Assembly: GCA_027492205.1 (NCBI GenBank)
Contig: JAOZFN010000007.1
Location: 251,278 to 315,277, forward strand
DNA length: 64,000 nucleotides
Source of the DNA: Thermoproteota archaeon
GTDB taxonomy: Archaea > Korarchaeota > Korarchaeia > Korarchaeales > Korarchaeaceae
Reading direction: 5' to 3'
Positions 49,269-58,700 of the stretch are shown one piece after another. The notes beneath the pieces were generated by a model. It searched no databases and was not told where the DNA came from. It was given only the letters and a program-made list of their open reading frames with translations. The position numbers and the translations under genes are program-made. Each line of letters opens with the position of its first letter. Position 1 is the first letter of the stretch.

Positions 49269-49871
49269 TCAGCGACGCCCCTCTACAGACCTCTTCGCCG
49301 CCCTGAGCACCTCCAGGCCCACCGCCAAATATCTCGGCCTGTGCCGCCTCAGCCTCCTCACGTAGTATCTCTCGTCGAAGTCCCCGACCGCCAGCCGACT
49401 GGCGCACACCTTGACGGCCTTCTGCACGTCTCCCCTCTCCTCCCTCCCGGCCACCACGAACAGTATCACCAGGTCCTCCGGCGAGACTACAGGACAGGTC
49501 CCCCAGCCGGAGCCCAGCCTCACGAGCCTGCTCCTGGAGAAGACCTCCTCGGTCAGCTCGAACTCGGGCGGCCTGAACACGTCGAAGAAAGTGCCCCACC
49601 TCTCGTGGCGGAGCCTGTAGTGCCAGTGCCCCGGCTCGCTCGGCTCCGGCTTGAACCCCTCCTTCTCGGCCTCGACGATGAGGCTGGAAGAGGCAAGCTC
49701 GTCTAGGTCTGCTAGGAAGTCAACGTCGACGGTGAACTCGGGCTCCGCGTAGACCGCCAGGGCGACCCTGCCGGCCAGGGCGTACCTAAGCCCTGCGCGG
49801 CTCAGCACCCTCCTCGCCCTCCTGAAGGTCTCCCTGAGCGCCCACGGCTCCGGAACCCTACTCCCCGCCAG
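49269..49871 (-). CDS. Nucleotidyltransferase-like protein (Pol-beta fold, AbiEii-related)
   Basis: YALAGRVALAVYAEPEFTVDVDFL, VVSPEDLVI, RGD; frame stays open up to a CTG at 49871. Confidence 0.7.
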   Translation of the reverse strand: MAGSRVPEPWALRETFRRARRVLSRAGLRYALAGRVALAVYAEPEFTVDVDFLADLDELASSSLIVEAEKEGFKPEPSEPGHWHYRLRHERWGTFFDVFRPPEFELTEEVFSRSRLVRLGSGWGTCPVVSPEDLVILFVVAGREERGDVQKAVKVCASRLAVGDFDERYYVRRLRRHRPRYLAVGLEVLRAAKRSVEGRR

Positions 49872-50130
49872 TCAGGGCACCCCCCATCGAGAGCAGGAGC
49901 TCGATCCACCTGGCCGGCTCCGCCGTCAGCCCGCTGTCGGGATCCACGTAGGTGCGCTCGTAGAGCCTCCACTCCTCCCCGGACCGTCTGACCCGCCTGA
50001 GGCGCTCGATCACCTCCGCGGCCCTCCTCCCACGCTCTCCCGCCCCGAGGTAGAGCCTCCTGACCCCTACTCCGGGGACGTAGGTGGTGTAGTAGGCGTA
50101 GCGGCCCCTCGCGTACCTCAGGCTACCCAT
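49858..50130 (-). CDS. Small basic hypothetical protein (partner of the NTase)
   Basis: RYAYY...RRLYLG pattern; overlaps the NTase start; preceded by a TATA box and palindrome. Confidence 0.6.
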   Translation of the reverse strand: MGSLRYARGRYAYYTTYVPGVGVRRLYLGAGERGRRAAEVIERLRRVRRSGEEWRLYERTYVDPDSGLTAEPARWIELLLSMGGALTGGE

Positions 50131-50138
50131 CGTGGGTG

Positions 50139-50157
50139 TACTAACTTAATGTTAGTA
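50139..50157. promoter_or_regulatory. TACTAAC-N5-GTTAGTA operator-like palindrome
   Basis: Lies between the TATA-like TTTTATA (minus strand) and ATG 50130. Confidence 0.6.
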
Positions 50158-50274
50158 TAAAACGCGCCTCCTCGGCGAGCGACGCGCGCCTCGCCCGTCC
50201 ATCTGAGAGCCTCCCTCACCCCGTAGAGTCGCCTAGTCAACCCGAGGTAACGGTTCTGTTACCCCCACGCGCGC

Positions 50275-50670
50275 TCAGAAGAGCACCAGCCACGCGGGGA
50301 CGTACACAGCGCCTCTCTCCTCGGAGACGCCCGGCCTCAGCGTCACGACGTACGTGACGTCGACCCCGAGTTCCTCGGCGGCCCTGGCCTGCCTCCTCGG
50401 CAGCCTCTTCCCGAGCCCGACCTCGAACGCCACCCTCCTCCCGGCGGCCTCGAGCACCAGGTCGACCTCCCCGTCGATCCACCCGTAGGCCAGCGAGGCC
50501 GCCCTCCTCGTCCCGACTATCCTGTGGAGCCGCGCGGCGACTGCCTCCTCCGGCAGGGTGTCGGACTCGAAGCTCGCCACCTCCACCAGGTCCCACCTGA
50601 CCACCCGGTCGAGGACCTCCACCACGATCTCGGCGGCGATCTCCCTGTTCCGAGCCCTCCGTTGTGCCAT
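50275..50670 (-). CDS. Stand-alone DUF4143-like PD-(D/E)XK domain
   Basis: EEAVA...GEVDLV...AFEV...VPAWLVLF, typical of the C-terminus of archaeal AAA ATPases. Confidence 0.6.
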   Translation of the reverse strand: MAQRRARNREIAAEIVVEVLDRVVRWDLVEVASFESDTLPEEAVAARLHRIVGTRRAASLAYGWIDGEVDLVLEAAGRRVAFEVGLGKRLPRRQARAAEELGVDVTYVVTLRPGVSEERGAVYVPAWLVLF

Positions 50671-50762
50671 GTCGAACCCATTGGCCCCCTCCCTCATCGG
50701 CGGCGCCAAAACTCGAGCTCTGCGGTGGGGTCTCCGTCGGACCCGTGGGCCTCGCCTCGACC

Positions 50763-51311
50763 TCACTCTCCGTCCTTCAGCTCCGGGTACATCCTGAGCG
50801 CGCTCCTGGCGGCGGCCACTCCCAGCTCCGTCAGGTGGTACCGGCCGGCCGACTCGGTCACCAGGCCCAGCTCCAGCGCCCTCTCCAAGGCCGGCCCCGG
50901 GAGGAGCTTCACGGCTCCGTCGGGCGAGTCGGCCCCCAGACTAAGGAGCCGGACCAGGAGGACGTCCACCTCGTCGGGATTCGGGAAGTAGAGCTCCCTG
51001 ACCCTCCTGGCCACCTCCTCCGCTGGCAGGCCCTCGAACCTCCTCCTGAAGATTATCTTCCACTCCCTCCCGTCCCTCAGGACCTCTATGGCGAGGCCCC
51101 TCTCCCAGAGCCTCTCCTGAAGGCTGACCATGAGCTTGGCCGCCTTGAGGATCGTCTGCCAGCTGGCGTCGATCCCCAGAGACCTGATCGAGTGTGGCGT
51201 GAGCCCCTCTCCAGGTTTCACCTTGGACCCGAGTTCGGCGAGCTCCAGCGCCACCTGTGCCAGGCTCTTCCTCCCTCCTGCGGCGGTCCGGGCCTCGGCT
51301 CTGATCCCCAT
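50763..51311 (-). CDS. Hypothetical winged-helix protein
   Basis: SWQTILK helix; GLVTESAGRYHLTELG wing. Confidence 0.6.
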   Translation of the reverse strand: MGIRAEARTAAGGRKSLAQVALELAELGSKVKPGEGLTPHSIRSLGIDASWQTILKAAKLMVSLQERLWERGLAIEVLRDGREWKIIFRRRFEGLPAEEVARRVRELYFPNPDEVDVLLVRLLSLGADSPDGAVKLLPGPALERALELGLVTESAGRYHLTELGVAAARSALRMYPELKDGE

Positions 51312-51347
51312 CTCCGGGCCGGAAGGGGTCTCGACGAGCTAAAATAC

Positions 51348-51368
51348 TTGTGTAAGTGAGTTACACAA
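51348..51368. promoter_or_regulatory. TTGTGTAA-N5-TTACACAA palindrome between divergent wHTH genes
   Basis: Perfect 8-bp inverted repeat. Confidence 0.65.
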
Positions 51369-51661
51369 TTGTGGAATATGGGCTGGAGCCCCACGAGGAG
51401 GAGATCCTGGTCAGGATGCTGAGGGAGGGCTTCGTCGGAGGGGCCTACTCTTCCCTGGAGAGGGTTGCCAGGGCGATAGGGTGGGAGGAGGTGGCCCGGA
51501 GGTACGGCGTCAGGGCCAAGTTCAAGTCGGTCGCCAAGAGGCTCGTCTCCAGGGGGCTCCTGACCGACCACGGAAAGAGCATGAGGGTGCTCTCCCTCAC
51601 CAGGGACGGCGTGAGGGTCGCCATGGCGCTGATCGAGCTGAGGGAGGGCTCTGAGTCCTGA
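51356..51661 (+). CDS. Small winged-helix protein
   Basis: KRLVSRGLL...LSLTRDGVRVA; true start may be GTG at 51371. Confidence 0.6.
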   Translation: MSYTIVEYGLEPHEEEILVRMLREGFVGGAYSSLERVARAIGWEEVARRYGVRAKFKSVAKRLVSRGLLTDHGKSMRVLSLTRDGVRVAMALIELREGSES

Positions 51662-52121
51662 CCCGGTCTGGCTACCCCCGCCTGGGCCGGCTTGACCTGC
51701 TGGATTTACCCGCCCTACCCCCGCCGGCTATAGTCCTCAGGTGTCTGGCGGCCTCGTAGGCGCCACCCTCCCGTCACCCAGCTCGGATTTTGACCTCCGG
51801 CGGGTGGAGGGGGGCGGCCCGGAAGGGAGGCCCGACCCCAGAGAGGACGCGGGAGGTAGGGAGAAGAGAGGGAGAGGAACGAAGGGAACTGGATGGAGAG
51901 ACGAGAGCCTGCGGGAGAGGTCAGAGGCGAAGGAACAAAAGAGGGGGAAGGGGAGAGGGCAGAGGCCGGCGAGGAGCCAGGCCACGAAGCGAGGGCGCGA
52001 GCATGGCCTAGACGGGGGTCTCCACCACATCCCGCCCCCTGAGGAATATCCGGCAAGCGTACGGCGAATGTTTCCGCCGGGCTGAGGCGTCGACCCAGCC
52101 GCAGAGCCAGGGCGCGGGGGG

Positions 52122-53387
52122 ATGAGGGTCGCCTCCCGGGCCGGGAGGCAGCTGATTTTGAGGAGTGCAAGGAGGATATCAAGCCTGGAGTCTTTCCTTT
52201 CCCCCGAGTTTTTTGAGGGGAGTTTAGGAGAAGTTTCCCCCACCGAGCGGGGCGAATGGAGGGCCGACGCGGCCGCAGAGGTCCCGGACGTGGCTGACTA
52301 CCCAGCCTTCGCCAGGCGACTCCACAGGCGGCTGAGGCCCAGGATCGGCTGGGGCCCCGAGGAGCTGGACGAACTCCTCTGGCCGGAGCCGACGCCGGAG
52401 CTGATGGCCAGGGCCAGGTTCCTGCTGGAGAGGGCCGGTCTAGATGAGAGTGGGGTCAGGAAGGCGGTCAGGGCGATGTTCGGGAGGAAGGGGGTCAGAG
52501 CGCTCGAGGCGGGGGCCAGGCTCAGGATCGGGTGGGTGGAGAAGGCCTTCCTCTACGAGAGGGCCTACGAGGTCACGCAGAGGGTGATGAGGGAGCACCC
52601 CGACTGGTGGGCCAAGAGGGTGAGGCGCGCGGTTAGCGAGGAACTCGGCATGGAGATGCCGCTGAGCACGGTCTACTGCTGGATGAAGAGGGGGAATCGA
52701 CCGAACGTGCTCCCGCTGAGGATGTGCCCCGCCCTGGGGACGGTGATGGGGATCGCGCTGAGCGACGGGGCCAAGACGGACAGCGCCAGGCTCAGGGTGA
52801 AGGACAGGGACTTCGCGGGGGCCTACGCGAGGGCCCTGGAGGAGGTGTCCGGTAGGAGGTTCGAGGTCAGGGGGCGCGGGGGGAGATACGAGGTGTTCCT
52901 CCGGGGCTCCCCGATACTCGAACTTATGAGGACGGGGCTGTGGAAGGTAGTGGCGTACCTGTATCCCTCTGAGTTCCTGGCGGCGCTGTTCAGTGGGGAC
53001 GGTTGGGTAACCCCGCAGCTGAACATCTGGGGTCTTCGACCCTCAATAGGGTTCGTGAACAGCAACCTGAGCCTCGTCGGCTTCACAGACTGGCTGCTGA
53101 GGAGGTTCTACGGGATAAGGATGGGATGGCTCCTTCAGGAGAGTGAGGGTGAGGTTCAGGTCATTCGAGGGCAGAGGGTCAGGGTGAGGGCCTCCTACAG
53201 GATCTACACATCAAACACGAGGTTCGTGGAAATCTACGCAGAGAGAATTGGCTTCGTGATAGAGAGGAAGCAGAGGATGCTGGAAGATCTGGTGGATATC
53301 TGGCGTCGCTTCGAGCCGAAGGATCGCCCTGAGGAGTTTAAGAGACGATACGAGAAAATCAACGGGAGGTGGGTTCGTAGGCATTGA
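52122..53387 (+). CDS. Free-standing LAGLIDADG homing-endonuclease-like protein with N-terminal HTH
   Basis: PLSTVYCW HTH; VMGIALSDG and FLAALFSGDG motifs; FVNSN; IGFVIERKQ; start uncertain. Confidence 0.8.
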   Translation: MRVASRAGRQLILRSARRISSLESFLSPEFFEGSLGEVSPTERGEWRADAAAEVPDVADYPAFARRLHRRLRPRIGWGPEELDELLWPEPTPELMARARFLLERAGLDESGVRKAVRAMFGRKGVRALEAGARLRIGWVEKAFLYERAYEVTQRVMREHPDWWAKRVRRAVSEELGMEMPLSTVYCWMKRGNRPNVLPLRMCPALGTVMGIALSDGAKTDSARLRVKDRDFAGAYARALEEVSGRRFEVRGRGGRYEVFLRGSPILELMRTGLWKVVAYLYPSEFLAALFSGDGWVTPQLNIWGLRPSIGFVNSNLSLVGFTDWLLRRFYGIRMGWLLQESEGEVQVIRGQRVRVRASYRIYTSNTRFVEIYAERIGFVIERKQRMLEDLVDIWRRFEPKDRPEEFKRRYEKINGRWVRRH

Positions 53388-53420
53388 AACGAACGGAGAT
53401 GTCTCCGAACAAGGAGATAA

Positions 53421-53524
53421 TGGTGGACCGGGCGGGATTTGAACCCGCGAGCCTCCCGCAGATTAGGCCGGCCTAAAAGGCCAGCTTGCCAAGCGGGCGC
53501 TCTACCAGGCTGAGCTACCGGCCC
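53421..53524 (-). tRNA. tRNA-Ala(GGC) with a 26-nt canonical intron (53461-53486) and encoded CCA
   Basis: GGGCCGG/CCGGTCC acceptor with G3:U70; CCCGC/GCGGG anticodon stem; BHB motif TTGG-CAA / CTAA-TCT; TTCAAAT T-loop. Confidence 0.95.
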
Positions 53525-53780
53525 ACGCAGGCAGGTAGAGGCCCGATGCGGTAATTAAACCTTACCTCCTCTCCCCTCCGCTCCACCCCCTCCCCGCTAC
53601 AGAAGGCCTCGCAACTCGGGCGGGTTTCTTCACGGTCTCCCCCACAGATCACTTTTTCTATAGCAGTCAACCCACGCCCTCCCTCCTTCCTTCTCTCTCC
53701 CGCCTTCCCGCCTTAACGCTGAAAACTATCCTCCGGCCAAACAACCGTTTTATTTCGTCTCGGCTTGAGATGAGGGGATC

Positions 53781-54209
53781 ATGAGGGACGGCCTCAGGCG
53801 CCTCCTCCTCTGGATAGTCCGCGAGTACGAGACCAGGTACCGCAGGGGCATCACCGTGACCAGGCTCATGAAGCTCCTCTACATGGTCGACCTGGAGCTG
53901 AGAAGGAGGGGGTTGCCCACCTCGGGCGTCAGGTGGGTCAGGTGGTACTACGGGCCCTTCTCCAGGGAGGTCATGAGCGGGATTAACGAGCTGATCGAGG
54001 AGGGGGAGCTGAGGAGGGAGGCCGTCGTCAGAGGGGACAAGATCATAGGGGTGCTCAGCTCGGAGAGCGGGGCCAGGCTGGAGCCGGAGGTCGAGGCGGT
54101 CGCCAGGAGAGTTGTTGGAGAGCTCGGAGGGCTGAAGTTCGAGAGGCTGCTGGACAGGGTCTACGCCACCTTCGACGAGGACAAGGACCTGGGGGACGAG
54201 GTGCCTTGA
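53781..54209 (+). CDS. Panacea (DUF4065/SocA-like) antitoxin domain protein
   Basis: TRLMKLLYMVD...WYYGPFS signature. Confidence 0.8.
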   Translation: MRDGLRRLLLWIVREYETRYRRGITVTRLMKLLYMVDLELRRRGLPTSGVRWVRWYYGPFSREVMSGINELIEEGELRREAVVRGDKIIGVLSSESGARLEPEVEAVARRVVGELGGLKFERLLDRVYATFDEDKDLGDEVP

Positions 54210-54607
54210 AGGCGCTGAGGCTCGTGAGGCTGGAGGGCCTGATCGGGAAGTTGGAGGAGCTGGTCAGGTCGGGGAGAGTGCCAGCATTCGAGGACACTGG
54301 GCCAGAGGACTACCCGGAGATGGACAGGGAGAGGCTCGAGGATCTCCTCGCGGAGGGCATCTACCACCTGGAGGAGGTCCCCGGGCGGATTCCGGCGCGG
54401 GCGGAGCTGGTGCTGAGGACCACGCTGGGGCTGCTGAGGTCTGCCAGAGAGGCCGACGACGAACTCCTGAGGAGGGCTCTGTTCATCTACGCGTTCTGCG
54501 AGGCCCTGGTCAGGGTCAGACCCAAGTCTAGCAAGCTGCTGAGGGCCTGCTGGGAGAGGATCGACTCAGAGGTGAGCAGAATTTCCGACGCCGTCTTCGC
54601 GCAGTGA
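54206..54607 (+). CDS. Hypothetical helical protein
   Basis: TTGA overlap with the Panacea gene; codon usage matches neighbours. Confidence 0.6.
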   Translation: MKALRLVRLEGLIGKLEELVRSGRVPAFEDTGPEDYPEMDRERLEDLLAEGIYHLEEVPGRIPARAELVLRTTLGLLRSAREADDELLRRALFIYAFCEALVRVRPKSSKLLRACWERIDSEVSRISDAVFAQ

Positions 54608-54611
54608 GGTC

Positions 54612-55307
54612 GTGGTGCTCGACACCTACTACTACTTCAGGCCCTGGTCACTGGTTGAGCTGAGGGGGCATCTTCGTGGAAGGAGGGTGATCCTTATAGC
54701 TCCTCATCAGCTACGCACGATTCTGAGCCATCTAAACACTAGGCGGGTGGAGATCATCAACAGGTGGGATAGGAGGATCGTGGAGCGAGGTAGGGGGAGG
54801 CCCAAGCCCTGGCGAAGTCTAGCCAGGAAGCTTAAGGATGCGGATCTACTGTGCGCACTCTACCTAGGGTGGGAGCTCTCAAGAGAGCCCTTAGGTAGGA
54901 TGCTCCGCATGAAGTCGGGGCTCAAGATAACGCGAGGAGATGTCGCTGACCTGAAGTATGGGCTGGACGAGTCTATAGAGGAGGAATCCCTGCGGGACTT
55001 TTTGAGGGAGCTGATTCGCGATCTCACCTCGGCTGATCTCGAGATCAGGAACGTAACGGTGAGTTCCAGGGAGGTCTCCCAGGTGAAGGCCAGGCTCATT
55101 GAAGAGCTGTGCGCCGCTCAGAATTGTCGTAAGAGCAAGCCCGACAGTGAAGATCTGATTCTCCTGCTGACCATTAACAAGCTGCGAGAGCGAGTGAGAG
55201 TGTATGCGATAGAGAGAGATAGGGGTGAGTGCTTCGCCTGCGCTCTGAGACATCTTCTCAAAACAGACCAAGCGTGGCGAGACAAGATTAGGATTGGACA
55301 GCTTTAG
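54612..55307 (+). CDS. Divergent PIN-like protein (putative toxin)
   Basis: N-terminal VLDT; C-terminal DSEDLILL and IERD acidic motifs. Confidence 0.5.
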   Translation: MVLDTYYYFRPWSLVELRGHLRGRRVILIAPHQLRTILSHLNTRRVEIINRWDRRIVERGRGRPKPWRSLARKLKDADLLCALYLGWELSREPLGRMLRMKSGLKITRGDVADLKYGLDESIEEESLRDFLRELIRDLTSADLEIRNVTVSSREVSQVKARLIEELCAAQNCRKSKPDSEDLILLLTINKLRERVRVYAIERDRGECFACALRHLLKTDQAWRDKIRIGQL

Positions 55308-55738
55308 ATCCCAGCTTGCCTTACTATCTCCTCGTACCTCTTCTTCGTTAGCCTCTCTCCAGCTACGGTGACGAATCTTTTGGGCCTATACGGCTTTGAA
55401 TACCTCCTTAGGCCCCTCAGCGGTATGACTAGAAGCTTCTTTGCCCTGGGCTTTCCCCTCACGTAGGCCGCCAACTCCTCTCTGTTGAGCATCAGCCTCC
55501 TCCCGTACTTCTTCACCGCCTCTTCTGGCTCAAGCATCTCCACCGCCTCCGCCGTCCCCTCTCCCACTATAGCCCTCACGTCCCCAGAGGCGTAGAACAG
55601 GATCTTGGAGCCTGGCCGCAGGTCCTTGTAGACCGTTGGCACCTTCACGAATACCGTCCTACCTTCGTCGAATATCCTGGAGATCAGCTCGCCGGGGAGC
55701 GGGAATATGGCTCCCACGATCTCATCGTTAGATGACAT
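55304..55738 (-). CDS. DUF365 / ASCH-EVE (PUA-like) domain protein
   Basis: FPLP..LISRIFDEGRTVFVK, PGSKILFYAS...IVGEG, VTVAG. Confidence 0.75.
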   Translation of the reverse strand: MSSNDEIVGAIFPLPGELISRIFDEGRTVFVKVPTVYKDLRPGSKILFYASGDVRAIVGEGTAEAVEMLEPEEAVKKYGRRLMLNREELAAYVRGKPRAKKLLVIPLRGLRRYSKPYRPKRFVTVAGERLTKKRYEEIVRQAGI

Positions 55739-55788
55739 CGGGTTGTTGGTTTCAAGTGATTAGGATAAAGGCTTGCAGTTGAAGAGAG

Positions 55789-58700
55789 CTAGGCAGTTCC
55801 TTCGAATATTCTCAGAGTCTCTTCGAGGGCTTCCAGCTCTTCTGAAGTTAGGTCGTAGAGCTGGGCTACCAGTTCGTCAATCTCGTCCTCAACCTCTCGT
55901 AGGGCTTCGATATCGCCTTCAGCGGCTAGGTTGTGAGCTTTTTTAGATAATTCCGCAAGATTCAAGTGAAGTGGGTTCTCTGTATCGAATTTGGGTACTC
56001 TTACATGTTCTAATATGTGCGTGGAGATCGCCGTTTCTATCGTGTACCCCGCGACTATCGCCCTTACAGGCGCCGAGTTCAGGACTGCAGATACGTAATG
56101 TGCCTCCAACTCGTTATTGAATGGTATGTAGGTAAGCTTGTGGTCTGGTAAGACTGGCTTCCTTCCTAAGAGTGGGTGTTCAATCGGTCCGATTACGGCG
56201 GCCTGAAAGAGGCCTTTCCCCGAGATCCTGCCAGAAACTTCTCTCCAAGCAACTTTAAATGTACTTATTGCTGGTTCGGCATTAAATATCCAGTAAAATG
56301 GCGGTATTCCTTCAATATTTTCAAGCCGTCTATCCCTGTAAGGTCTCAGCTTGGATCGGTAAGGCTCAGTGTTTCTTCTAACGAGTTCGTCAAAAAACTC
56401 AATGAAATATGAATAAGTCAGGGGATATTTAGTCCTCATTTCGACGGATGGTACTACCCTACCATCTTTTGTGAGGGGGAGTATCATGTAAGTAGATGGG
56501 TAAGCAATCCATCTCTTGAGGTCTCTCCCTCTAACTAGAGGGTAAACCAGATCGGGCTCTACGACCGCTTCAACTGATTTTAGTTTCTTCTTGCTAATCT
56601 CTGACATGTTTCTGACTAGAATTCCTTCAGGCTGACTGGAAAGTAGTTGGACCCAGTACACGCCATTTAGCCCTGGATGAACCCCTACGTAAGCTTTGTA
56701 GCTAGACTTACCTAACAGCTTGTAAATGCCCATAGATGCCATCTTACTAGTCAAAATCCAGGGGGCGGCGGCATCATAGCTGGTATTGTCTTTCTGTATC
56801 GGTTCTAATATCATCTCAACGCGGTTTGAAAGACTGGCGACCTCTTCAATGTCGGCAGCGTTGGGATCGTATCCTTCTCCGGATTTTGACCAAACGATAC
56901 ACCTTACTGGAAAGTGAGATACGCCCTTTTTCAAGACTATTAGGGAGGTTCTGTTAGTAGCCCCCTCGAACGGACGCATTTCAACGAGGTCGTGTATAAC
57001 GATTAACTCACACTTAGTTGCGAGGAATCGTCTGAAGCTGGATCCAGCTTTAGTCTTGAATACCGTGAAGGGGATTAACATGCTGAGCCTACCATTTTCA
57101 TTCATGTATCTCTCGACGGAAGTAGTCACGAACAACATGGCGATATCTCTGTTAATTCTACCTATCCCCCTCCCCCCTCCCTCAAAGAGACCGAACTTTG
57201 CCCACAAGTCTCGGGTGACCTCCCTGTAGTCCTCAGGAAGGCTCTCCCAGTTGATCCACGGGGGGTTCCCCACAACGTAGTCGAACCTTCCGACGAAGAG
57301 AGGCGCAAAGGAGTTTGCGAGTATCCTGAGCCATATCCTATCCTTCCCCTCTTCCTCCAGCTCCCTCAGCCTGTTGAACAGCGCAGCCAGGGCATCCACC
57401 TCTTCGGATGTGCACTCTACCTCCCTGGCCAGAAGCTGCCTGAACTGCTCCTCAGGATACCTGTTCCTCACGCAGTGCTCCATCACCCTGAGCACGTTGG
57501 CCAGCTCGCCCCTCTCCACCACGCCGGTGGGGACCTCGAACTCCCCGACAACCGTCCTGAGCACGTACGAGGACTCCAGCAGCCTCGTCCTCTGCTCCAC
57601 CAGGATCGAGTCGCAGAGGTACACGGGTATCACTACCGGTTCCCTCCTCTCCCTGATCAGCGGTCCCAGGGTGAGTAGGTAGTTCGCCCTGGCCGCTATG
57701 ACGGCCAGTGGGTTGAGGTCGAAGCCCACTATGTTCTCCGTCACCTTCTCCAGCACTTCCGCGGGGTCTAGGAACTCCTCCTCCGCTCTCTCCCTGACCC
57801 TCTTCAGGGCTAGCACCAAGAATGTCCCGGAGCCGCACGCGGGGTCTAGGAGCCTCTTGCTCGGGTCGCCGTCGTAGCCGACCTCGTTCAGCACAAGCTC
57901 CGCTAGCCAGTCAGGAGTGTAGAACTCGCCGAGGTCGTGTCTTATCCTCCTCGGAACCAGGTTCTGGTAGAGTTCCTTGAAGAGGTCCCTCACCCTCTCG
58001 GGCTCCAGCTCGGCCGTCCCTACCTCGTAGTCTGACAGCCTCTGCACCACCCTGGCCAGGGCCCGCGCCAGCTCCCCGTCCCACTCGTTGAGGTACCACG
58101 AGAAGTAGTCTGCCTCCAGGAAGTTCAGTATTCCCAGCTGCCTGAAGACGCCCCCGTCCTCCAGCCTCGCCAGCTCGTCCCTCAGCCCCTCTGCGGAGGA
58201 GTAGTACGCGGACTCCAGCCTCCTCCAGTAGGACTGGATCAGCGAGTCGCCGTAGAGCGCCGCAACCTCGGCCGCTATCAGCTTCATCAGCAGGGCATAG
58301 TAGGTGTGGATGGCGAAGAGGAGCCTCTCCGGATCGGCGTCCCTCATCTCGTACTGCCTCTGGAGCCCCTCTATCTTCCTGCGGGAGTAGGCGCAGACCT
58401 GAGAAAAGACCCTCCTCCAGTCCTCGAACAGCACCTCTGTCCTGGGAGATTGCGGATTCGAGAGCCTCTGATAGAGCACCCTTATCGCGTGCCTGGCTAC
58501 GTCGCTCCTGGGGCCGAAGTCCGAGATGAGGAACTGAGCGTCCAGCGGTTTCCTCCTAAGTCCTCTTAAGGCCTCCACGAGCTTGGAGAGAGCCCTGGCG
58601 GAGACGGAGTAGGGACCGTCACTGAGCCACTGCTTGTCTCGAGAGCGGTACCTCACGAAGCCAATCTGCCGCCCGTCTAGTACGACGCCGAAGTACCTAC

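Noticed and set aside
53421-53460. attL/attR duplication of the tRNA 3' end
   Set aside because: No second copy was noticed in the window and no integrase is present.
51840-53712. Purine-rich tract (about 51850-51965) and pyrimidine-rich tract (about 53565-53712) as terminal inverted repeats or a replication origin
   Set aside because: The similarity is compositional only; there is no exact inverted repeat, no ORB motif and no cdc6 gene.
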